Assembly: GCA_964016885.1 (NCBI GenBank)
Contig: OZ024742.1
Span: 224,316,001 to 224,380,000, forward strand
Direction of reading: 5' to 3'
DNA length: 64,000 nucleotides
Source: Eledone cirrhosa
Taxonomy: Eukaryota
This document shows, in pieces, positions 45,395 to 59,466 of the stretch. The position numbers and the translations under genes are program-made. The stretch's first letter is position 1; each line of letters begins with the position of its first letter. The notes beneath the pieces were generated by a model. That model did no database searches and was not told the DNA's origin. It worked only from the letters and a program-made list of their open reading frames with translations.

Positions 45395-45523
45395 CGGTCT
45401 TTACGATCTGAGTTCAAATCCCGCCGAGGTTGACTTTGCCTTTCATCCTTACGGGGTCGATAAAATAAAGTACCAGTAATGCACTGGTAATTGCTGGCCT
45501 TGTGCCTAAAGTAGAAACAATTA
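45395..45523 (+). mobile_element. SINE family 1, truncated
   Basis: Near-identical to 3555-3680. Confidence 0.85.
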
Positions 45524-45675
45524 ATTATGATATTACAGTGAGAAAGGAAGAAAACTGGACATAACCGCTTACGTGAATCGGACCACGTATATACTTTATG
45601 CTGGCAGCCGCATTGCCAATACATTTTTCTATATCCAGTATTTTTTTTTACAGAACTTCTATAATTATTGTATAG

Positions 45676-46005
45676 AGGGGCTGGAGCTGGTGCAATAATT
45701 CGCCAGCTTCAGCACTTGATCATCAGAAGAAGGTAGGTAAGTGTAAAAGTCAACTGGATATCTTCAATTCGGTATTCGTGCCTACCGTTACGTGTGTCAT
45801 GAATCTTGGGTAATGACAAGCGTGAACACAAGCGACCGCAGTGAGGTTCCTTTGAAGGGTCTTTGGAGTAACGTTACACAATAAGGTAGCTCGGAGATCA
45901 GGGAGTCGATCGAGGTAGAACCGTTACTTTTCCGAATCGAAAGATCACAGCTCCGGTACTACGGACATGTGGTTTAAATGTCTAAGGAAAGAATCGCAGG
46001 ATAGA
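45676..46005 (+). pseudogene. Decayed RTE-clade LINE ORF fragment
   Basis: Manual translation across stops and frameshifts: ...DIFNSVFVPT...HESWVMT...VRFL*RVFGVTLHNKV/SEIRESIEVEPLLFRIERSQLRYYGHVV*MSKERIA. This is typical of the RTE post-RT region. Confidence 0.8.
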
Positions 46006-46304
46006 TTTTACATGTGGCTGTGTGCGTGCGTTTATTTAGCCTTTCACATATTTCCATTTATTAAATGAGATATTCTGATTTAGAACATGCACGCGCGCGC
46101 ATACACACACACACACACAGACACACACACAGAGACAGACAGACTGACACTCTCTCACACACGCACGCACCCACGTATATATATATAATGTTAGGGGGTG
46201 GAGACGATAATGGGGGAGGTTAAATAGGTTATTCTTATACAATATATATCCAAAATATGCGTATGCATTTATTTCTATAATGACCACCACACCCATCTAT
46301 CCCT

Positions 46305-46312
46305 AACACACA

Positions 46313-46343
<31 letters not shown>

Positions 46344-46609
46344 TCAATAACAGTAACAATAACCACAACAATGTTAACAGCTGCAACAGCGGTAACAACA
46401 GTAATAATAACAATAACAACAACAGTAGCGATAACAAACAAAACAACATCGATAGTAATAACAACGTCAACAGCAATAACAACACTAACAACAAAAACAA
46501 CAACAACAACGCCGACTGTATTAACAACAACAATACCAGCAGTAATGACAACAATAACAACATCAACTGTAATGACAAGAATAATAACAACAACAACACC
46601 AACGGTATC

Positions 46610-46658
<49 letters not shown>

Positions 46659-46695
46659 GCAGCACCAACGTAACAACAACAACAACAACAACAGC

Positions 46696-46735
<40 letters not shown>

Positions 46736-47013
46736 GCAGCAGCACCAACGGTAACATCAACAACAACAACCACAACAACAACAGCAGCACCAACGGTAAC
46801 GACAACAACAACAACCACAACAACCACAACAACAACAACAACAACAACAACACCAACAGCATCACCGACGATAACAACACCAACATAATAACATTACAAC
46901 ATTAACAACAACAACATCATCAGCAGTAATGACAGCTACAGCAACATCAATAATAACGGCAACAACAACGACAACAACAACGACAAAAATAACAACAACA
47001 ACAACAACAACAA
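46305..47013. repeat. (AAC)n degenerate trinucleotide array
   Basis: Direct reading. Confidence 0.9.
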
Positions 47014-47044
47014 CTAGAAGACTAAGGATTGTATGAATGGATTC

Positions 47045-47244
47045 NNNNNNNNNNNNNNNNNNNNNNNNNNNNNNNNNNNNNNNNNNNNNNNNNNNNNNNN
47101 NNNNNNNNNNNNNNNNNNNNNNNNNNNNNNNNNNNNNNNNNNNNNNNNNNNNNNNNNNNNNNNNNNNNNNNNNNNNNNNNNNNNNNNNNNNNNNNNNNNN
47201 NNNNNNNNNNNNNNNNNNNNNNNNNNNNNNNNNNNNNNNNNNNN
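47045..47244. other. Assembly gap (200 N)
   Basis: Run of n. Confidence 1.
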
Positions 47245-47603
47245 GTGTGTGTGTGTATGTATGTATATGTGTATGTGAATGTGTGCGTGTGTGTGTATCT
47301 GGTTTAGATTAAGTACACCGCATCCTTACTTGTCATAAGTGGCAAATGTAAGAGTTATTATTAGGAAGAGCATCTGACCTTAAATCATTGCTTCAAAACG
47401 GACCCATACTAAGTACATCATGGGCTCCGCAACGCTTACACCTGCTTTAGCAGGGAAATGGATTTTAAAGGCTTGTATTCATTTCCACTTCCATTGATAC
47501 AGGCAATTCCTTGTTCATTTATTAATATATAAATTATATTCGTTTATTCTTTTTACCACTGTCAGTCAATAAGCACCGATTGGACCACTGCGTTGATTTA
47601 GTT

Positions 47604-48706
47604 CGGAGGTTCTCAAACTTTTTGGGCCACCGTCCCTCTCACGGCCACGTAATACCCTCAGTGCCCCCACCCCTATTTCCAGAGAGACCAGCCTACACGC
47701 AAATTGTAAATAATATATAATAAGATCGTTAATTTAATTATATATCTAAAACAGAGAATGTCTGTCTGTCAGCTCCCTAGAACTCGAGAACCACCCAACC
47801 GATTGTTTTCAAACTTTACACATGTAATACTTATGGTCCTGTGAGTGTCTTGAGAAAAGAAAATTTCAAATTTTCAATGCCCTGTGGACCGCATTAGGCG
47901 ATTTAGCGATCTCTCTCTATAAATCTTAGTCTTTCGTTTTAGATAGATACATAGATATAACGTTGCGCCCTTATAATATCTGTCTGTATGTCTGGCTGTC
48001 TGCATTACGATATTATGACGCTGTGTGTATATATGTATATATAGTCTGTGTATATATATATATATATATAAATAAATATATATATATATTCATTTTTCGA
48101 AATATTTACTTCTGCGTTCACAGATTGATTTTTTTAGTTTCAGAAGATCCCGTTAAGAGTGAAAGCAGCGATTCTTTGCTTAAACTTTAATCTGTTATTT
48201 TAATATATATATATATTAAAATAATATATATATATATATATGTATATATTAAAATAATATATATATATATATATATTCGTGTACAGATATTTTTGCATAC
48301 ACAATAACAAAATATAAACAAACGTATTTATTTCACGAGGCTCGATAAGGATAAATATATATCAAATATATATAAGAACTCTAGAGCAAATCCCGAGCAA
48401 CGCCGGGTCATTCTGCTAGTATATACTATAATATATACTATCATTTGATATTTAATATAGTGGAGTCGATTCTTCCTCAATAGGAAAAAATCGGGTGTGT
48501 TCAGACCTGGAGAGGGTTGGGTTTCACTAGGTTTAAAAGTGTCCTAGACACGCCGTATGACGTGCCTCTACGACTCCACAAGGAGTTATGTGATATTTAT
48601 CCTTATCCTTATACTATTATATCTAGCCCCAACACTCGCTGGACATTCTCCCCCCCCCACCCCCGCCACGGGTGGGTGGGTGTAGTGCCCACTTTGAGAA
48701 CCTCTG
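47604..48706 (+). mobile_element. hAT-family MITE carrying a nested Helitron-like element
   Basis: Perfect 8-bp TSD ATTTAGTT (47596-603, 48707-714); TIRs CGGAGGTTCTCAAA / TTTGAGAACCTCTG. Confidence 0.88.
47741..48419 (+). mobile_element. Non-autonomous Helitron-like element
   Basis: 3' GC hairpin CCCGAGCAACGCCGGG followed by CTAG|T. The 5' end is TATATCTAAAACAGAG followed by (TGTC)n. Absent from the sister MITE at 45056. Confidence 0.75.
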
Positions 48707-48909
48707 ATTTAGTTTATAATATCCAACTCGGCGCTGTTTCTCATATATATAACTTCATTTATAGAACCTCATTTATCGATCCCTTTCTGCATTATCGATT
48801 AGGTTTCTGTATTTTCTGTGTACCAAGTTCGATTTACAGCGCATAGGTCCACCTGAGGTGGCTATAGTAAAACACACTCAGACCCACGTGATTGTGAAAC
48901 GAACATACA

Positions 48910-49250
48910 GCCAGTATAAATGGAGCATCGGACAACATAATTTATGGCATAGAGTTACGGCCCTTTACGATCTGAGTTCAAATTCTGCCGTGGTTAGCTT
49001 TGCCTTTCAACCTTACAAGGTTGATAAAATAAAGTACCAGCAATGAGTTAAAATTCTGCCGTGGTTAGCTTTGCCTTTCAACCTTATGGTGTTGGTTGAT
49101 AAAATAAAGTAGCAGTAATGAGTTCAAATTCTACCGAGGTTAGCTTACCCTTTCATCCTTCCGGGGTTGATAAAATAAAGTACCAGTAATGCACTGGAGT
49201 AGATTTAGTAGACTTTCCCCTTCCCCTTGAGCCTAAATCAGAAACCAATA
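48910..49250 (+). mobile_element. SINE family 1 with an internally triplicated ~70-75-bp segment
   Basis: GAGTT(C/A)AAATTCT...GATAAAATAAAGTA occurs three times in tandem (48974, 49045, 49120). Confidence 0.8.
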
Positions 49251-49507
49251 TATATATATATAACATAACATGGACAATTTGAAACAGTGATTCCGACGTT
49301 GTATTTATTTATTTATTTATTATTTATCTTTTGGAATGATCTATTTGTCGACCCAAACTTTACACAATTTCTATTGTACAGTGTATTCTTTTTTGTTGGT
49401 GTTGTTCTTGTTGTTCTTTTTCTTTTTTTTTTAAAACATGAACAAATATTTCATATTTTAAACATACAAATCACATACAAACACATCCAACTGCACCCCC
49501 TCACATA

Positions 49508-49551
<44 letters not shown>

Positions 49552-49568
49552 TATATACATATATATGC

Positions 49569-49617
<49 letters not shown>

Positions 49618-49643
49618 ATATTTATATTATATATATATATAAT

Positions 49644-49722
<79 letters not shown>

Positions 49723-49845
49723 CATATATAAAAATATGCTCCCATATATTCATACTTAAATAGACATATTTTTATGCATATACATACATATACACATACA
49801 TTGATACATACGTACATTCATATCCACACACATATATGCGTGTAT

Positions 49846-49908
<63 letters not shown>

Positions 49909-50489
49909 TACATAAGACTATTCATTGAGTTTCCAATCATCTTTTCTTCATTGTCTTTTTTTTGTCTTGTCATCCATTTTATTTTTCTCATGTCCGGAAA
50001 CACATCAGTTACTCCATAGTTTTTACCAGAGAATCTTTAAGTCAATGCACATTATTTGTTATCATATTTCCAATTCAAATACCAATAATTATTACCATTT
50101 ATTCTTTAACTTTAATGTTACCAGTCATTTTTGAAAAATTTTTTTTTTTTTTGTATTTTATCTTCTGGAAATATTATTTAAAATTATTAAGTCTCTTTGA
50201 CTTTGGCGATCAAATTTATCAAAGGAGTATTTTAAAAATTGCCATTTTCATAACACTCTACCTGTTTTGTTTTAATTTTAACTCATCCCTTTCTCATTAT
50301 AATGGTCCATATTCTTCCTTTGTGAATGGTTATTCCCAGTATTGAGGTGATGTGTATTAATTTTTCTTTCTTTTCTTTCTCTCTCTCCATATTCAATTAT
50401 TCTTTTAATCCAGTTTTTGAAAATATGCTCTTGGAAATATGACTGAATATTTCTTAATATATATTATTATTGTAATTCTTTTTTGTTTG

Positions 50490-50520
<31 letters not shown>

Positions 50521-51051
50521 TATTTTTGCATATATTTATTTTGCTTCGTTATATCTCATTTCTCATTTTCGTATTTCTTTCTTCGTTATAAAGTCCGTGA
50601 AATATCCAAAGTCTGTAATATCCCGTAAACGTAAAGTATCTTCTTTTCCAAAGAGTTTCTTATAAGTGTAAGTAATCCTAGAAAACTGCTTAAAAACATT
50701 TTTCTTTGCATTTCTTTCATATATAAGTATATATGTATATATATATGTATTATATATGTATATGCAAATATATATAAATATACATGCATATATATACACA
50801 CACACACATATATCTATATATATAGATAGATATGTATGAACATATGTATGTATATATGTATGCATGTATGCATGCATGTATGCATGTATGTTTGTATGTA
50901 TGCATGTATATATATGTATACATATATATATATATACATGAATATACATACCCGCCTACACTCGCATATATATATATATATGTATGTATGTATTTATGTA
51001 TGTGTGTGCGTATATGTGTGTATATATATATATATACATACATATATATAT

Positions 51052-51135
<84 letters not shown>

Positions 51136-51458
51136 GACTGGAATTGAAAGGAAAAAACAGAAACAAGAGATTCAGCACCACCACAACTAGCATCAACACC
51201 GCCGCCGTCACCACCACAATCATCACCACCTTTGCCACCATTACCACTGCCACCACCAACAGCAACAACAAAAGGCAAAAAAAAAAAAAAAAGTCAGAAC
51301 TGATAGAATTGGGATAAAGTTTTTCTTTCATGGCACATCCTTTACAATCTATTTATAAACCAACCAGCAAATATATTTGCCATTTCTTCGTTTGCAAACA
51401 AAATTTCTGAAGAATTTACTCTCATTTTTCTCTCGCAAAGTTTTCACGTCAGTCATTT

Positions 51459-51501
<43 letters not shown>

Positions 51502-51752
51502 TTTTTTCATTATCTCATTTCATTTCATTTCTTGCAGTACCAAGACGATACAAGACAAGACAGACGACAGAAGTCAAGACGACAGCAGGCAGACGACAGA
51601 ACCAACTGTCTTAGAAAAATGTTATGGAATTAAAGAAAAACATAAAAATGTAGTTCTTATTCTTGCATGTTCTGTTGTTTTTGCTATTTTTCTTTTAGCA
51701 GCAGATAACATACTTCCATACGTACGTATGCATACAAACACATACATAATTC

Positions 51753-52095
51753 GTATGTATGTATGTATGTATGTATGTTTGTATGTATGTATGTATGTAT
51801 GTATGTATGTATGTATGTATGTATGTATGTATGTATGTATGTATGTATGTATGTATGTTTGTATGTATGTATGTATGTATGTATGTATGTATGTATTATG
51901 TATGTATGTTTGTATGTATGTATGTATGTATGTATGAATGTATTATGTATGTTTGTATGTATGAATGTATGTATGCATGTACGCATGTATGTACGTACGT
52001 ACGTATGTATGCATATAAGTATGTATGTACGTACGTGCGTATGTATGTCTGTATGTATGCATATATGTACGTACATACGTACTTATGTATGTACG

Positions 52096-52185
<90 letters not shown>
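51753..52185. repeat. (TATG)n, (TA)n and (TG)n microsatellites
   Basis: Direct reading. Confidence 0.9.
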
Positions 52186-52186
<1 letters not shown>

Positions 52187-52377
52187 AACTTAAAGAAGAA
52201 GAGGAGAGCCGCTTGCGTCACAGATAATATTGCAATATTGGCAAGAGGTACAACATTCCGTGGTCATCGGCCGTTGAAATGGGCGTAAACAGTTTCGGCC
52301 CCCTGCTGACGGCACTGCTGCCAATATTGCTATATGAATGTATGTATGTATTTTATATACACACACACATGTATATA

Positions 52378-52433
<56 letters not shown>

Positions 52434-52689
52434 AACATATTAAGAAATGGAACAGAGTCTGTATCACATATTCAACATCAGTTTATTTCATTTCATCATC
52501 CCATTACGCACATTTCGAAGTCATCAAAAGGTCGACAACGCATTGAATAACGATCTTCTGATATGTGGATAATATGACGATGTAATGAAATAAACTGATC
52601 TCATATAGTTGGATATGTGATATCGCCTCTTTTCCTATTCTTAATATTGATACTCCATCTGATACCATATACGTAACACCTTGTGGTAT

Positions 52690-52749
<60 letters not shown>

Positions 52750-52802
52750 GTGTGTATGTCTGTGTATGGGTGTGTGCCTGTATGTATGAATGCATGTATG
52801 TA

Positions 52803-52870
<68 letters not shown>

Positions 52871-53015
52871 GAAATTTACTTCTCTTCCTGTAACCCTACT
52901 TATTCGATATATTTCGTATATTTCCGCTGCTGTTACAATAGCAACAACACAGCAGCATTTAGAGTAGTGGTAGTAATGGTAGCAATATTTGTAGCAGCAG
53001 CGGCAGTAGTAGTAA

Positions 53016-53072
<57 letters not shown>

Positions 53073-53195
53073 CAGTTATATTTGTTGTTGTTGTTTTTGT
53101 TAGGGTGAGTTTTATTTTGTCCTTAATTGTTTTTTAATTTACTTTGTCCCGGCAGTTCTCTGAAGTTCTCTGGATCTTTATGGTTGTGGACAGCG

Positions 53196-53905
53196 TTACG
53201 AACTTAAGTTATTGATGCTGTTTTGTAAGATACCGTCGGTCGGTCTTAGATGCGATATGTCTCTAGCAGTTGGATATAAGGAGTTAACCTGTGCAAAGGG
53301 CCGTACTAGGTGAGAGGTGCCCGTCGATGTATTGTTGCCGGTGGCAACGGGTGGCATTTGGCCTAAATTATTGCCTACTGTGCTATCGTTCAGTCTCTGG
53401 TTATTGAGGGTGTACATGGCTGATACGGCTGGCGTGAAGCTGGTGTTTGGATTCGCGAAAGAATTGCCGGCGAGCCAGCCTCGTAGACTTGTGCTTGATG
53501 TTGCAGCTAAAAGAGGCGGTTGGCTTGAAGTAGGCATGTTTTTATTGTTCATATGGATATGTGTGAGAGGCGCGGTGACACCGCGGTTCATCAACCCCGC
53601 TGATGAGGTGGCTGTGTCAGCCAGCGACCATATCCGAGGCTTCAAGCCGTCGCTGTGATCGTGAGAATTCTTCAGCAGGATGTTTGCCTCATCACTGAGG
53701 GCCGAGTCGTTGCTGCTTGCACACGGCGACTCACTTACCGTAGGTCGCGATGTATCCGAGTATTCTAACCTGTGGCGGGTGCTGGCAGTCGGAAGCGGGG
53801 ACGAGGTTGGACTGCTCTGAAGAGATCCTGGTATCATATTCTGAACATTCTTTTCCATATCCAAATGTGACACAATGTCTTTCGCTCGACGACTGCACTC
53901 TTGAT
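53196..53905 (-). CDS. Irx: Terminal coding exon of an Iroquois-class (TALE) homeobox gene
   Basis: IRO box KPRIWSLADTAT in a Ser/Pro/Asn-rich non-repetitive ORF. Acceptor ttttttctctccgtAG at 53906-53907, phase 1 (D)QECSRRAKDIVSHLDMEK...; TAA at 53196-98. The homeodomain is not seen in the window, so the paralog cannot be assigned. Confidence 0.9.
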
Positions 53906-54207
53906 CTACGGAGAGAAAAAAACAACATAAAGATAAATATATGGTTCACTTGAATGAATAACGGCTATAAAATATTAAAACTTTCGCTCATACGCACACC
54001 TACATCTAAACGTACTCTTGATCTTAGATCATGCTCACTCCTATATAGGTTTAGGTAGCCTACTATAAGCTTGCTCCTCATTGAAGGCTTCTCGTGTGTT
54101 TTAATGATAGGAATTCCAGTACTATCATGTTGTCGCAGACCACACTAGCGAGGGCTTAGTTGGCCTCCTACGCGGTTCAATCTTATAGCAGATTTCTTGG
54201 CTGTATT

Positions 54208-54420
54208 AATAATTGTTTTTATTTTTGGCACAAGGGCAGCAATTTGAAGCTAAAGGGAAAGTCGATTAAATCGACCCCAGTGCATCACTGGTGCTTTATT
54301 TTATCGACCCCTTAAGGATGAAAGGCAAAGCTAACCTCGGCAGGATTTGAACTGAGAATGTAAAGGGCTGCAACTCTATGCCATAAAGCATGTTGTTCAA
54401 CGGTCTACCGATTCTGGACC
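54208..54420 (-). mobile_element. SINE family 1 (intronic)
   Basis: Reverse complement of the family 1 body. Confidence 0.8.
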
Positions 54421-54679
54421 CGCTACTGTTGTTGTTCTTACAGCTCCCATCAATGGACGTTTAACTGGCTTCCTACGAGATTGGATTTCATAGGAGGCTT
54501 CTTGGGTGTTTTAATGATAGGGATTTCAATTTCTTGATCTAGTTTTAAAATATTACATCTTCGCTTCACACTAAGATTCAACTTGAGCCAAGACAGAAAT
54601 CCTGGAAACAACGAGGAAACGCCGACAGCCACGAATATATATATATATGTATATATATATATAGGTATATATATGTATA

Positions 54680-54749
<70 letters not shown>

Positions 54750-54792
54750 TGCACACGTGTGTATACATGTATAAAAAATATATTTATATATG

Positions 54793-54822
<30 letters not shown>

Positions 54823-54823
<1 letters not shown>

Positions 54824-54875
54824 CTGTGTGTATACAAATATAATTTCATCATACACTTCGACTGCTAGTGCACTT

Positions 54876-54931
<56 letters not shown>

Positions 54932-54984
54932 AAGTGCACTAGCAGTCGAAGTGTATGATGAAATTATATTTGTATACACACAGA
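54823..54984. repeat. Perfect palindrome: ~57-bp unique arms around (TA)n
   Basis: TCTGTGTGTATAC...GCACTTCTT-(TA)n-AAGAAGTGC...GTATACACACAGA. Confidence 0.9.
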
Positions 54985-55084
54985 GACTGCGCCAATGTGT
55001 ATATAAATATATACATATCTAATATGTAGACATTTACACATGCTAGAAAATACGAATTTCGCTCTAAACTGAAAAATTATAAAC

Positions 55085-55129
55085 ACATTTAATCGATTTT
55101 CGGACCTAATTGGACCCTCATCAGAAGGC
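55085..55129 (-). ncRNA. Minimal hammerhead-like motif HH-D
   Basis: Minus strand: GCCTT-CTGATGA-GGG(T)CC-AATTA-GGTCC-GAA-AATCGATT-A-AATGT. Helix III is the palindrome AATCGATT. Confidence 0.65.
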
Positions 55130-55348
55130 GCATATATCAAACAAACAACCATAAGGAAATATGTATTTAATGGGCTTACAAACATATTCCCTCTTAGTAA
55201 TATTCTGAAATGGACGTTATAACGTGCATATAATTAGAACATATAATTAGGTAATTAATTAAGATATATATTAAGAAGTGCGCTCGCAGTCAAGGTGTAT
55301 GATAAAGTTATATTGGGATACATACAGAGTGAGAACCGAGACTGCACC

Positions 55349-55397
<49 letters not shown>

Positions 55398-55458
55398 GTA
55401 GAGGTTAATGACGTTTAAAACTGTAATTTTATTTGTAAATATTTCACACATACACACA

Positions 55459-55511
<53 letters not shown>

Positions 55512-55834
55512 ACCCCCCCCCCACACAAACAGAGACCCCCCCACACACACACACATAAGTGAGCAAACCAAAAATTATGCAAATAGTATCCTGAATAAAG
55601 CCGACACCACAGAAGTTTCCTATTACATTGTGCAGTGTTAGAAAAGTCATCATTTCGTTATCAAAGTGAAAACAGACGCCATATTGTATTTTTATCAAAT
55701 AGGAATTAGATGGTGTGTTTTGATACTTGTTGCTCTTATGTTAACAGTTCCACTAATTCTCATGTTCAATCTATCATACGTTTATCCAAATATTTTGACA
55801 CGTGAATAGTATTAAGAAGGTCTTGTTTGGTTAC

Positions 55835-56016
55835 TATATTATGAAGAAACATATATTATGAAGAAACATATATTATGAAGAAACATATATTATGAAGAAA
55901 CATATATTATGAAGAAACATATATTATGAAGAAACATATATTATGAAGAAACATATATTATGAAGAAACATATATTATGAAGAAACATATATTATGAAGA
56001 AACATATATTATGAAG
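55835..56016. repeat. 17-bp perfect tandem repeat (TATATTATGAAGAAACA), ~10.7 copies
   Basis: Direct reading. Confidence 0.95.
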
Positions 56017-56186
56017 ATTTGAAGAGATTAGCTGTATTTTTACCATCAAAGATGTGTTTCCCCCTCTTTCTCTTTCTCCTCTTAGAAAGGAAAGGAAAAG
56101 TGTTGATCGTCAGATAGGACCAGGTAACCTATGTTTCCATTGATCTATATATTGGTGATACTTTCTGCCGGTCGCAACTCAAGGCA

Positions 56187-56245
<59 letters not shown>

Positions 56246-57058
56246 AACACACAGACACACGCACGCACGCACACACACTCAAAGGCACACACACAAAAGC
56301 ACCCACACAAATAGGCTCGCACAAACATCCCTAACCCTTGACCCCAAAAGGATGAAAGTCAAATTTGAAATCGGTGAGATTTGAACTCAGAGAGCAATGA
56401 ACCAGAACAAATACCGCAAGGCATTTTTTGTCCGACGCCCTAACGACACTGATAATCTTTTAAAATTTTTTTAGAAGAAACCTGTCAATAATCGCTGCTG
56501 AAAATAGAAAACGGTCTGTTAGACCAAAACCTTGCGATTGAAAAGATGTAGACGGTCCCTTCGGATGGATTCGCGTGTATGTAACCTATGAAGTAACGCA
56601 TTGGCAGTTATTAGAAAGTCTGATCGAATGCTTTGCAGTATTTGTTACGTGCGATTCACTACACTCTCAGTTCAAATTCCGCCGAGGTTAACTTTAATTT
56701 TTATCTTTTTGAGGTCAATAAAGTACCACTTCAATACTGGGATCGGTTCTTTCTCTACATACGTTTCTAATCTCTGTGTTCCGACGTGGGGAAAAATAGG
56801 TTCCATTAGGCTGAAAATGCTCGTAATAGTAATAGCGCTCCTATGACTTTATCAGGAGGTATATGCCCGTGGAAAGGCAATTTAGAGGACAAACAGTTGT
56901 TACACACTGTTATGCTGAATGTCCCCAAGAATTATGGTAAGAATACAAGTGTCTGTAGAATGGTCAGCCACGTACACTATAATACAAGACAGAGTGTTCT
57001 TGTAATTCAACGGCTCAGTGTTGCAACATATTTTTTCTATTATATCTAAAATGTATTA

Positions 57059-57365
57059 GGGCGGTTGATAGCCAGTATCGGTAGGTCACCGGACAACATA
57101 CTTTATAGCATAGAGTTATGGCCATTTACGTTCTGAGTTCAAATCCCGCTGAGGTTAGCTTTGATTTTCATCCTTATGGAGTCGATAAAATAAAGTACCA
57201 GTAATGCACTGGGTCGATTTAATCGATTTACCCCTCCCCCAAATTGCTGGCCTTGTGCTTCCCGCCGAGTTTAACTTTGCCTTTCATCCTTACGGGATCG
57301 ATAAAATAAAGTACCAGTAATGCACTGGGTAATTGCTGGCCTTGTGCCAAAAGTAGAAACAATTA
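57059..57365 (+). mobile_element. Two tandem SINE family 1 copies (one full, one truncated)
   Basis: Shared body; the second copy starts at ~57261. Confidence 0.85.
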
Positions 57366-57569
57366 TATTTAAGATGTATGACGGAAAAGTATTCCTGTTA
57401 TGAAATATCTGAGACTACAGCAAAATTATGACGGAGAGGAAAAATAATAAATTATATTCTATTATTTATTTCTTCACTTACACAAAACAAAACAAAAACT
57501 GATATGATAAGTACTGTATGACTGTATTACTGGTATGGTATGGGTTATATGATATCACTTCTCATACCC

Positions 57570-57990
57570 AACAACATCAGCATCACCATCATTACTCCAT
57601 ACCACCATCAGCACCATCACCACCACCACCACCACCACCACCACCACCACCACCACCACCACCATCGCCGCCACCACCACCACTACCACCACCACCGCCG
57701 CCGCCGCCACAACCACCACTCCGCCATCATAGACAACCAACACCATCACCATCCCTACTACTCCTACTACTAAAGCAGGTCACCACCACCACCACCACCA
57801 CCAACACCACCACCGCCACCACCACCACTACCACCACCACCACCACTCCCACATTACAGACAACCAACACCATCACCATTTCTACTACTACCAAAGCAGG
57901 TCACCACCACCACCACCGCCACCAACACCACCACCACCAACACCACCACCACCACCACCGCCACCACCAACACCACCACCACCACCACAG
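57570..57990. repeat. (CAC)n degenerate trinucleotide array
   Basis: Direct reading. Confidence 0.9.
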
Positions 57991-58809
57991 AGGTGTCTCA
58001 ATGTTTATCAATAAACTGCGATGTTTATTTACTTCTGGTGCGATAATACAAGAGGTGAGAGCCTTTCACTCAAGGCTGGGGTGGTGTGGCGCTGGGGTTG
58101 GTGGCGGCGTGGATTGACGATAGATAGACGTAGGTTGGTGGTGGTGGGTAGTAGGGTGGTGGTGCTGGGTAAACGTATTATAAGAGGGTGGACCTTTTCT
58201 CTCGTGACTGGATAGGGAGGGGGTGGGGGGAGATGCTACTTAAGGATGGCCAAGGGGGTGGGAGGAAAATATCTTTTTATGTGGAGGGGAGGATCCTTCT
58301 CTCAAGACTGTATGAGAGAAGCAGGGTTGAAGGTGGGGAGAGATGAATGAGGACGTGGGTGGGAAGGTGTGCATGGTGGTGGTGGTGGGTGTAACCATTG
58401 TCACAAGATGATCACTAAGATTTGATGGCGGCGAGAGGAAGGAAGGAATGAGTATAGAAAAAGGGACCAGGGGTGTGGTTGGTTGGTAGGGAGGCGGTTA
58501 AATATACTTCTATCTCTATTGAGTCCTTATTTACTTTGGAAGAGATAAGGTGACTACTTCAACTACAGCAGCAATAATAGTAACACTACCACCACCAAAC
58601 CATCACCAATAATGATTTCTAGCATTGGCAAAGGGCTAGTATTTTGTCGGGAGAGGAAACCCGATATATAGACCCCATTACTTTACAGGTATTTCATTTT
58701 ATTAGCCCTCGGTAGGATGAAAAGCAAAGATAGTTTCATCGGGATTTGAAAATAGAACCAAGAGGGCGATAATGAAATACTACAACATCTCGCCCTCTCT
58801 CTCTCTTCC

Positions 58810-58890
<81 letters not shown>

Positions 58891-59466
58891 CTCTACACGT
58901 CTTATACACACCACGCATCTCAACGTACACCCACTTACATCTCTCTCTCCACCACCGGATCTTGTTACCCGGAGATTTACCCCTCTGCATTGTCGAGGCT
59001 TCCAAACGACTTAAAGATATTTACCTATTATTCCACAATGCTTCAAGCAAACTTCAATACTCTCTTATATATATATATCGATCGATCTATATCCCTGCCT
59101 ATCTGGTTATCTAGCTACCTACATGTCTATTTATCTCTCTAACTACTTATTGATCTATTTATAGTCACTTATTTATGTATATTTACCATTGAACCTATCT
59201 TCGAACAAGAACAATAATAATAACAACAAAGTATATATCCCAATAACAACCCTATGATATATATATTGATAGATACAGATAGGTAGGTAGAACAAAGTCG
59301 TTGTAATTTAGACGATATATATATATTTGATAATAGTTAAATAAAATATGGTAAAAAAATTATTGTAATTGATTTAAATGAATATAAAATGAAACACGAT
59401 GGTCGGAATGACAGGAGGGACAAGCTCTAGGACAATTGCAGTTTCAAATGTCTGTATATAGAATGT

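Noticed and set aside
45679-45726. Hairpin plus CTGATGA on the minus strand as another hammerhead
   Set aside because: No properly placed GAAA or helix III; the sequence is explained as RTE LINE coding remnant.
52231-52331. GC-rich island with a 12-bp inverted repeat and GAAAC/CCGATGA words
   Set aside because: The cores are imperfect and in the wrong order for a type-I hammerhead; no convincing fold.
53317-53953. Overlapping ORFs on the + strand and in the alternative minus frame
   Set aside because: Shadows of the Irx exon.
57518-58117. Poly-Pro/Thr/His ORF resembling a transcription-factor low-complexity region
   Set aside because: A (CAC)n microsatellite, antisense to Irx, with no domain.
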